From the IMG/VR virus record IMGVR_UViG_3300031234_000002: a stretch of 48,069 nt of DNA, one strand, 5' to 3'. Within the stretch, counting starts at the first letter, position 1. Each line of letters begins with the position of its first letter. Position numbers and translations under genes: made by a program. Below, one piece after another: positions 34,550-40,890 of the stretch. This DNA comes from a virus. The notes under the pieces are model-generated. The model was not told where the DNA came from. It ran no database searches and saw only the letters and a program-made list of their open reading frames with translations.

Positions 34550-35259
34550 TATCTGATCCCTCGCCCAAACCAATAACCTACCGGTCGAATGGGGTACCCA
34601 GGTGAGGGTCCGGCAGCATAGCGGAATCCCCGCAGGGAACTTGTCGCCTGCCAGAACATCGCGCCATACTGCGACTGAGCGAAGAATGCCGCGCTTGCTG
34701 AGCTTCCCACGGGATAGTCGAATCCAGCGCTCACCGAACCCTCACTGGCGTTGCTGGTGCGCCCTACAGGCCGCGCCGCACCATTGCCGGCGAGTATCTG
34801 CGAATCCTGATAGACGTAGACATCGGCGGTGACTCCTACATCCGATCCCTCAAGATATAAATTGAGCGCATCGGCCGCGCTCGCTTGCCAGATGGCCCCC
34901 GAACTAGTCATCTGAATATCGACGGATGCGGGAACCGCACCGAGGCCATGAGATATGACGAAAGGGCCGGCAGTGGGCGCGGTCACATTGAGCGTGGCAG
35001 ATGCTGGAGCTGGTGCGATGGCTACAGCATCCAGATCGCCTTTGAGATAGCTGATGTGAGCCACCAGCATGTTGAGGAAAGTGAGGCGGCGGGTGAGATC
35101 GCATACAGGACTGTTCGGCGAATTGCTCAAATACAGAGTGGCAAGACTCGTAAAGTACGCCTGAAGTTTGTTTGGATCGACACCTGAGAATTCAGGAAAC
35201 AGCAATAGGAATTGCTGTGAGCTGAAGACTGCTACGCCGCCGCACGCTCCATTCATCAC
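34549..35259 (-). CDS. Head-tail connector protein (DUF4054-like) carrying an inserted PHGLG domain
   Basis: The N-terminus FLLLFPEFSGVDPNKLQAYF...LVAHISYLKG and the C-terminus GRTSNASEGSVSAGFDY...QYGAMFWQ fit DUF4054. The insert is at aa ~86-150. The start is GTG 35259 or ATG 35256. Confidence 0.6.
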   Translation of the reverse strand: MMNGACGGVAVFSSQQFLLLFPEFSGVDPNKLQAYFTSLATLYLSNSPNSPVCDLTRRLTFLNMLVAHISYLKGDLDAVAIAPAPASATLNVTAPTAGPFVISHGLGAVPASVDIQMTSSGAIWQASAADALNLYLEGSDVGVTADVYVYQDSQILAGNGAARPVGRTSNASEGSVSAGFDYPVGSSASAAFFAQSQYGAMFWQATSSLRGFRYAAGPSPGYPIRPVGYWFGRGIR

Positions 35260-35615
35260 TCATCCACCCTTGTCTTGAGATTGTAGTCTTCAGCAACCAG
35301 ACCTTCCAATCCCGTCTTTTCCTTTTCGCGCTCACGATGAACTGCTTCGGCGCGATCCTGAGTTCCGGCCACGAATATGGACCCGGATTTGAGCGGGCCG
35401 AAGGGATGACGAGCGTTGCTGGTATGTACGGCGTGCCACAATTCCCAGAAGTCCTTGTCAACTTCCGTGGTCATGTACGGCAATTGCACCAGGACTCCGT
35501 TGCGACCTCTAGGCGCACCATTGAGCCCTTTGATAGTGACAGTTTGGGTTGGGTCGATTGGATGTTTGAGGATGAAGCCGAATGGGAGCTTCGATCCGAT
35601 GGTGATAGTTTGCAT
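35256..35615 (-). CDS. Hypothetical virion-module protein
   Basis: 119 aa. Preceded by the 23-nt boundary sequence TTTCGAGAGGGGAATCTCATGCA. Confidence 0.6.
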   Translation of the reverse strand: MQTITIGSKLPFGFILKHPIDPTQTVTIKGLNGAPRGRNGVLVQLPYMTTEVDKDFWELWHAVHTSNARHPFGPLKSGSIFVAGTQDRAEAVHREREKEKTGLEGLVAEDYNLKTRVDE

Positions 35616-35633
35616 GAGATTCCCCTCTCGAAA
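35611..35633 (-). repeat. 23-nt translation-initiation boundary sequence, copy 1
   Basis: tgcatgagattcccctctcgaaa is identical at 35611-35633 and 35922-35944. The minus strand reads TTTCGAGAGGGGAATCTCATGCA. Confidence 0.95.
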
Positions 35634-35637
35634 TGCT

Positions 35638-35713
35638 GATGATAGTTATTTACCTTCAGGTCGCTTGTCCAAACCGATGATAGTTATTTACCTTCAGGTC
35701 GCTTGTCCAAACC
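35638..35713 (-). repeat. Perfect 38-nt tandem duplication (x2) covering the 3' end and stop of gene 35684..35926
   Basis: gatgatagttatttaccttcaggtcgcttgtccaaacc occurs at 35638-35675 and again at 35676-35713. Each copy encodes GLDKRPEGK-stop on the minus strand. Confidence 0.95.
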
Positions 35714-35926
35714 GACCGTAGCGAGCAATTCTGCCACATCTTCGATATGCAGACAATCGCACATACATGCGAATTCGTTCGGCGATTGGATGGTAGCGAT
35801 ATTGCCGTTGCAATAATCATTACCAGGAGTCGCACTGTGGAGAACGCCAAAAACTTCGATCTTTCCTCCACTCAATCTGACTACCTTATCGCCGTTCTTT
35901 GCTTCTCTTCCGTTTCTGTAGTGCAT
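35684..35926 (-). CDS. Hypothetical 80-aa protein (candidate inserted gene)
   Basis: It starts with the same 23-nt boundary as the next gene and ends inside the tandem duplication. It lies just after the capsid-gene terminator. Confidence 0.55.
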   Translation of the reverse strand: MHYRNGREAKNGDKVVRLSGGKIEVFGVLHSATPGNDYCNGNIATIQSPNEFACMCDCLHIEDVAELLATVGLDKRPEGK

Positions 35927-35944
35927 GAGATTCCCCTCTCGAAA
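35922..35944 (-). repeat. 23-nt translation-initiation boundary sequence, copy 2
   Basis: Identical to 35611-35633. Confidence 0.95.
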
Positions 35945-35973
35945 AAATAGGCCCCTAGAACGCTCTAGGGGCC
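35942..35973 (-). terminator. Intrinsic terminator downstream of the major capsid gene
   Basis: The minus strand reads GGCCCCTAGA-GCGT-TCTAGGGGCC followed by UAUUUUUUC: a 10-bp perfect GC-rich stem, a 4-nt loop and a U-tract, 26 nt after the capsid stop. Confidence 0.8.
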
Positions 35974-35998
35974 AAGTTGCCTTAATGCGTCTACGGTA

Positions 35999-37027
35999 TC
36001 ACACGCCAAGCATCGAAACGATAAATACTGGACGATAGATGATTGTGCCCCAGGTTCCCTGCGATTTCTTCTGCATGAAGGAACTGAGTTTGATAACTAC
36101 CGGATGAGCACGAAGCTTTTCCGTGAATGCGCAAGATGCAGTCCGGACTCCTTCGACCTCATCGGCGATGAGCTGCAAGCTGTTGCCCGATGCTGTCGTA
36201 TACTCCGGGGCCGTCTTGATCTTCATATTCGGGAAGTTCTTCTTGATCCGATCAAAGACGTTGACATTGAAATCGCTGGTGTCAGTGAGCCACGTCTGCG
36301 TCTGCGAAGACATGGCGAGCGTCATGTTGGTTTCGAGATCGACGAGATTGTTGGTCTGCGATACAAGTTGCTGGTAGAGCAACTGAATGTCGTGCAAAAT
36401 CTCGTTGGCGGTGGCCACTGCCCATGCCGTACCGCCCGCCGCCTTGATTGACGGAGATATGGCCGGGAGCAGCGAAGGGTCGTTAAGCAACCCGTAGTTC
36501 TCCAGGCCAGCTATGCCGAAAAAATAGCTCGCATTTTGGAAGAGATTGAGGGTGCTGATGCTAGCTTTGTTCTTGCGGAAAGCCAGATCCACCAGTCCCG
36601 CGCCGGCTCGCGCTACCTCACGCTCACCCCAATTGGTGATCGTCTGATAGTGGTAGCTCTGACGCTGGGGATAATTGATATTGGCGTTGGAGACACCATT
36701 CTCCGAGTAATCGCCGTAGCTGGATACCTGACCGACATCTTCACCTTCGATGAACATCGCCGTATCGGTGATCCAATCGCCCTTCTTGACTTCCTCACCG
36801 ACAACCTCGACGGCCCGCATGGGCTTGACGAGAATGTCGATAATGCGAGGATCTACGTAGGTGGTGAACATCGCAGGAACACCGGCGTTGCTCGACGTGA
36901 CGAGCGCGGGCTGCGCGTCCATAGCCAGGACGTTGCCATTGGAATCAGCCTCAAGGATTGCAGCATTGGGCTGTCCCATGAGGATAATTCCGGCCATTCT
37001 TTCGAGAGCGAGCAGCTCTGGAGTCAT
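35999..37027 (-). CDS. Major capsid protein (DUF2184-like, HK97 fold expected)
   Basis: 342 aa. Its position after the scaffold and cement genes, the following terminator, and the sequence pattern (..YPQRQSYHYQTITNWGEREVARAG..) fit the DUF2184 capsid family. Confidence 0.75.
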   Translation of the reverse strand: MTPELLALERMAGIILMGQPNAAILEADSNGNVLAMDAQPALVTSSNAGVPAMFTTYVDPRIIDILVKPMRAVEVVGEEVKKGDWITDTAMFIEGEDVGQVSSYGDYSENGVSNANINYPQRQSYHYQTITNWGEREVARAGAGLVDLAFRKNKASISTLNLFQNASYFFGIAGLENYGLLNDPSLLPAISPSIKAAGGTAWAVATANEILHDIQLLYQQLVSQTNNLVDLETNMTLAMSSQTQTWLTDTSDFNVNVFDRIKKNFPNMKIKTAPEYTTASGNSLQLIADEVEGVRTASCAFTEKLRAHPVVIKLSSFMQKKSQGTWGTIIYRPVFIVSMLGV

Positions 37028-37061
37028 TGTGATGTTCCCCGCATTCTATGAATTATGTTGC

Positions 37062-38201
37062 TTACTGAGGTTGCCGTGAAATCTTGACCAGACTGCCCAC
37101 CGCGCCGTCATCGACCGAAGTGGGATAAGCAGTCCAACCGGATGCGATGCCACCGGCGGTGGTAAATGCTTCGGTAGCCACGTACTGCGTACCGGGAGCG
37201 AATAGTTGATATACCCCAACTCCGCCACCGGAACCGCTGATCTGAGACTCAACGGAAGTGGCCGGGAGATTGGTTCCAGTGATGGGCATCCCGGTTTGCA
37301 CCGTCCCTGCCGACACTGTGGCCACCTTGAGTACACTGCCAAAAGTGGTGACGCCGGCCGCCGAAGCGAAGTATGCCGTGCCGGGAGCGGATAGCGTGTA
37401 GGTTCCCACGCCACCCACCGTACCACTCACCTGGGAGGTGACGGTGGTTCCGGCAGGCACGCCGGTGATACCGGCGGTCGTATCGCCAACGCTGATGAGG
37501 CCGGTTGATGCACTCACCACAAGTACGTTGCCGAAAGTGGTAATGGTAGCGGCAGCAGCGGTGTTTGCTTCGTTCAACTCATAGACGCCCGCGCCGCCAG
37601 TCGTGCCACTAATCTGGGAGACAATCTGAGTCCCTACGGGGATGCCCGTACCAGCCACGCTGTCGCCAATGCTCAACACGCCGGTTACCGCGCTGATGGT
37701 GATCTGTTCCGGATTGCCGACAACTGCCGTCCCGGTGCTGGTGCTGCCGAGAGCTGCGGTATTGGTAGAGCCGAGCGAGGCCGTGCCGGTTGCCCCGGCC
37801 GGGGCCGAACTGTAAGCGCGGCCATCGGCAAAGCCAGCAAACACGCTAGCACCCTTGGTCAGCGCGGCAGGTCCGGCATTCTTGACCCAGAAATCACCAC
37901 CGTTGCTCAGATCCACTTGGAACCCGGCCGGCACCTGAAGCGAGAACTCCTGAAGGTACACTTCGATTAACGCTTGCTGCGCCCGGTGAAGGAAACCATC
38001 GGGAGCAACCGAAGCATCGGCGAACGGATTGGCAGTCATGAAATCGGGAGCAATCCAGTGGAAGCGGCCAACAATGGCCCCTTGCGCACCCGCAACTAGG
38101 CCACCGGCCCCAGCGAGAGTGCTTGAGCGAGGATTGACGCTCGCGGGGTCACCCTCGACTCCTACAGGATTGAACGAATTTACTCGGGTCTGGAAAGGCA
38201 T
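37062..38201 (-). CDS. Head cement/decoration-like protein with three internal ~60-aa repeats
   Basis: The N-terminus MPFQTRVNSFNPVGVEGDPASVNPRSS..VGRFHW resembles the cement-protein (BPP-1 gp24-like) family. Repeats (..GD..AGTGIPVGT.I.SQISGT.GG.G.Y.L..) lie at aa ~167-350. Confidence 0.55.
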   Translation of the reverse strand: MPFQTRVNSFNPVGVEGDPASVNPRSSTLAGAGGLVAGAQGAIVGRFHWIAPDFMTANPFADASVAPDGFLHRAQQALIEVYLQEFSLQVPAGFQVDLSNGGDFWVKNAGPAALTKGASVFAGFADGRAYSSAPAGATGTASLGSTNTAALGSTSTGTAVVGNPEQITISAVTGVLSIGDSVAGTGIPVGTQIVSQISGTTGGAGVYELNEANTAAAATITTFGNVLVVSASTGLISVGDTTAGITGVPAGTTVTSQVSGTVGGVGTYTLSAPGTAYFASAAGVTTFGSVLKVATVSAGTVQTGMPITGTNLPATSVESQISGSGGGVGVYQLFAPGTQYVATEAFTTAGGIASGWTAYPTSVDDGAVGSLVKISRQPQ

Positions 38202-38228
38202 TTTATTACTCCCTAATCTTGACGTTGA

Positions 38229-39506
38229 CTACATGACTCGAATGCGGCCCAAATCCTTGAAGCGCTTCATTGCCGGTGCGGAATCCATCGCCACCGTGGT
38301 ACGTGCTGGCGTTGCCGCATGTTTCGCAGCAACTTTGAAGATGGCTCGTTTGGAAGCCAAACCGGGAGCGTCCTTGTGTTCCACCCCCAGATGATCGAGA
38401 GCAAAACCGTAGACAGATTCGGCTGAATCCATCGCCACTACAATCTCGCCAACTACCGGCCGTACATCCCGGCGAGCTTCATCGAGAGCGAGGAAATCGG
38501 CACGGACTCCAGCAATTGCGGCGTCCATCGCGGCTTTCGTAGGCTTATCATCGGGCTTCTCATCCTTTGCTTTGCGGTCCTTTGCTGCCTTCTTGGGCTT
38601 TTCCTTGTCTTCCTCGTCGTCGTAATCCTCATCGGAATCGCGAGCACCCTTGCAATCGGCGCACATGCATCCCTTCGGATGCTCATCGGCGTCTTCAGCA
38701 GGCTCTTCCTTTTCGACATCAGTCATAGCGTCGAATACGGCGATGACTTGCTTTTCGTCGATCTTGGCATCCATCGCAACGATGAGTCCCGCGGCCTTCT
38801 TGCGCTCGGTCGGCGTGAACTTATTGCGGGTGGCTGGGGCCAGCAACTTCTCAAGCTCGCTGCCATCCATTGCGACCTTGACGGCGGGGAAGGCTGTGGT
38901 AGCAGCCACGATTAGAGCGTTGCCGAGCTTGGAACGTTTCATGCGAGTAATCTCCGGTGATTGATCTGCGGCGAGAACATCGTTCCCAGCCCTGCCCGAC
39001 TCAACCAAAGCAAGATGATTGCCTTGAATCTGAGTCATAATACCATCGTAATGCACACCTTGGTAATCACCTGATGTCATTATTGGTACATAACGGTAAC
39101 TGCAAGAGAACTCTCGTACTCGATCCGTCTCGATTCCAGCGATGGCGTTAACGTCCCAGATGGTCGTATCGGCATCCAGGTAGGGATCGAGAAATTCAAC
39201 ATTGCTGCCGGTCGATCCGACAATGTGCTGCTTTTTCTCCTGCTCGCTCATCCCGTCAAAATCGGTGACAAATACGTGCTTATTGAGGATCGGCAACATC
39301 CTGAAGGTATCGGCCGCCCGCGCCAGCTCTTCGGGATCACGCAGCATCCAATAAGCACGATCCCGATCAAGCCCGAGCGCTTCCCACTGAGGGATTTCGC
39401 GGCCATAGTATTTATTGACGCTGGCCTTGGTGATGTGCGAACGAGCGATATGCAGACGGCCATCTGCCGTATACGTCCGCATTGTCGAGTCTAGGGCGAG
39501 AATCAC
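38229..39506 (-). CDS. Scaffold / prohead protease-like protein (DUF2213-like) with an acidic-basic C-region
   Basis: RTYTADGRLHIARSHITKASVNKYYGREIPQWEALGLD..YWMLRDPEEL fits DUF2213. The start is uncertain (GTG 39506 or ATG 39482, neither with an SD). Confidence 0.65.
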   Translation of the reverse strand: MILALDSTMRTYTADGRLHIARSHITKASVNKYYGREIPQWEALGLDRDRAYWMLRDPEELARAADTFRMLPILNKHVFVTDFDGMSEQEKKQHIVGSTGSNVEFLDPYLDADTTIWDVNAIAGIETDRVREFSCSYRYVPIMTSGDYQGVHYDGIMTQIQGNHLALVESGRAGNDVLAADQSPEITRMKRSKLGNALIVAATTAFPAVKVAMDGSELEKLLAPATRNKFTPTERKKAAGLIVAMDAKIDEKQVIAVFDAMTDVEKEEPAEDADEHPKGCMCADCKGARDSDEDYDDEEDKEKPKKAAKDRKAKDEKPDDKPTKAAMDAAIAGVRADFLALDEARRDVRPVVGEIVVAMDSAESVYGFALDHLGVEHKDAPGLASKRAIFKVAAKHAATPARTTVAMDSAPAMKRFKDLGRIRVM

Positions 39507-39519
39507 CGTTCAAATATAG

Positions 39520-39533
39520 CAAAATGCATTTTG
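39520..39533. promoter_or_regulatory. 14-bp perfect palindrome CAAAATGCATTTTG in the divergent gap
   Basis: Read directly. It lies between the scaffold gene start and the island promoter cassette. Confidence 0.4.
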
Positions 39534-39546
39534 ATAAAAATATCAG

Positions 39547-39603
39547 TTGACACACTACGAGTAGTGTGAGAGGATAAAGGAGTAGCAAAGAACTCTCGGA
39601 GGA
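39547..39603 (+). promoter_or_regulatory. Promoter/operator/leader cassette A (TTGACA, 18-bp palindrome, GAGGAT, CTCTCGGAGGA)
   Basis: TTGACA at 39547-52. CACACTAC-GA-GTAGTGTG at 39551-68 fills the 17-nt spacer. GAGGAT (A2, T6) is at -10 distance. The leader ends in the SD motif 8 nt before ATG 39611. 52/57 identical to 47842..47898. Confidence 0.5.
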
Positions 39604-39610
39604 TACGTAA

Positions 39611-39874
39611 ATGAATCAGGATCGCACACTCCCTCTCAGCAATCAGCCAATCTACTACATCAACCAGTTTTCCCTTGGTATGACGCGCCATAGCCTCGGG
39701 GAGATCATTGCAGACCTAGCAGATTACACGGGTGACGAGTATCTGCATATCTTTGAGGATGGGCCATGCGGAACTCGCATCGTTTACCGTGGATTCGCCT
39801 CCAAGATCATCTCTGAGTATCGGTTTGAGCAGGATTACATGGGCATCGCGACTTCCAACCTCGGCAACAAATAA
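39611..39874 (+). CDS. Island protein 1, hypothetical 87 aa
   Basis: ATG after CTCGGAGGA. No family recognised. Confidence 0.6.
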   Translation: MNQDRTLPLSNQPIYYINQFSLGMTRHSLGEIIADLADYTGDEYLHIFEDGPCGTRIVYRGFASKIISEYRFEQDYMGIATSNLGNK

Positions 39875-39889
39875 CTCTCGGAGGAGATT

Positions 39890-40114
39890 ATGACCAACAC
39901 CGAGTTCCACAACACCTTTTACGGACCCAGTAATCAATTAAACCGAGAAAGACTATGTCGGCATCTCGAAATTACAGGATTCGCGGGGCTCAACCTGAAG
40001 CGTATGGGATGGACCGGATTTATCAACGCGCTCGGTGACCACTATAAACTTGATGTCCGCAACTTCACTTGCCAGGCTAAATTTATCGACGCGCTTGCGG
40101 ACATGCTGAAATGA
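39890..40114 (+). CDS. Island protein 2, hypothetical 74 aa
   Basis: ATG within the duplicated 22-nt initiation cassette TCTCGGAGGAGATTATGACCAA. Confidence 0.6.
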   Translation: MTNTEFHNTFYGPSNQLNRERLCRHLEITGFAGLNLKRMGWTGFINALGDHYKLDVRNFTCQAKFIDALADMLK

Positions 40115-40143
40115 AATCCAATTAACCCATCTCGGAGGAGATT

Positions 40144-40332
40144 ATGACCAATATCAATCTTTGGACTGCACTAGCAATCGCACTCGCAGCCCTCACCTTG
40201 TACTTCTTCCCCTTCCTGGTTGCATGGGTTCGCCATCACCGCCAAATCGCCGCCATCTTCTGGACCAAATTTTTCTTCGGTTGGACCGGAATCGGATGGT
40301 GCATCAGCTTTATCTGGGCGGTGATTCGGTGA
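40144..40332 (+). CDS. Superinfection immunity protein (T4 Imm-like, two TM helices)
   Basis: 62 aa. LYFFPFLVAWVRHHRQIAAIFWTKFFFGWTGIGWCISFIWAV matches the Imm_superinfect pattern (..P.iiA..R.h.....If.lN...GWT.iGW...liWA). Confidence 0.7.
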   Translation: MTNINLWTALAIALAALTLYFFPFLVAWVRHHRQIAAIFWTKFFFGWTGIGWCISFIWAVIR

Positions 40333-40418
40333 ACAACCAGTTCGAAGAAAGGTTCGTATGGCCAGCCTTAATTGTGTGCATAATAGCAGCCTGCCTTCTG
40401 ATCCTGATGTTCCCATAA
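40329..40418 (+). CDS. 29-aa single-TM mini-peptide (VNNQFEERFVWPALIVCIIAACLLILMFP)
   Basis: GTG overlaps the Imm-like stop (GGTGA). Hydrophobic core. Below the track cutoff as an independent ORF. Confidence 0.3.
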   Translation: MNNQFEERFVWPALIVCIIAACLLILMFP

Positions 40419-40505
40419 GGTACCTGCTATCAGGCGTACCGATTCCGCCAATCCTTCTCTTCAGTAGGGAAGCTGAGGATTCCAACCGCAAATTGGAGGC
40501 TTTAG

Positions 40506-40694
40506 GTGATAACGCAAGATGGATTCCTGTCGCTGATTAACCATGCCGCCGAACTGCTACAGATACCAGATCCCAAGGCGGCTTATCTATTTTTCAGACC
40601 GATGAGTCTATACGATGAAGTTTCAGAGCAATGGTATAGATTAGGTTGGTCTATATCAACACCTTCAACCCCGGAATCCAACTCTATGAGGTGA
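40506..40694 (+). CDS. Island protein 5, hypothetical 62 aa
   Basis: GTG lies 6 nt after GGAGG (40495-99). Confidence 0.5.
   Translation: MITQDGFLSLINHAAELLQIPDPKAAYLFFRPMSLYDEVSEQWYRLGWSISTPSTPESNSMR
40657..40685. repeat. 29-nt imperfect direct repeat, copy 1 (copy of the Mu-F gene 3' end)
   Basis: caacaccttcaaccccggaatccaact versus caacaacttcaaccccggaatccgact at 40894-40922, with 2 mismatches in the first 27 nt. Confidence 0.85.
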
Positions 40695-40698
40695 TCAC

Positions 40699-40890
40699 AT
40701 GATTGGTAACGAAACGCCTTGCTCAAACAATGCGATTGGTCTCGTTCAATCCTTAGAAAATGGCAAAATTCGCCCACTATGTGAACAACACTACGTCGAA
40801 GAACAAGAAAATTTGCAACAATACAAAAGTGAAAAATTTCATAATAAAAGTGGAATTCCTTGTTGGTGGGGAAACAGAGAACCTCGCTAA
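40699..40890 (+). CDS. Island protein 6, hypothetical 63 aa (Cys-containing)
   Basis: The ATG is preceded by GAGGTGA. The stop TAA overlaps the stop of the convergent Mu-F-like gene (CTAA). Confidence 0.5.
   Translation: MIGNETPCSNNAIGLVQSLENGKIRPLCEQHYVEEQENLQQYKSEKFHNKSGIPCWWGNREPR

Noticed and set aside
39503-39691. Minus-strand ORFs 39503..39691 and 47471..47923 share the peptide LREFFATPLSSHTT, which could be taken for a conserved protein motif.
   Set aside because: The shared peptide is simply the reverse-complement reading of the duplicated promoter/leader cassette. Both ORFs run antisense to better-supported + strand genes and lack SDs.
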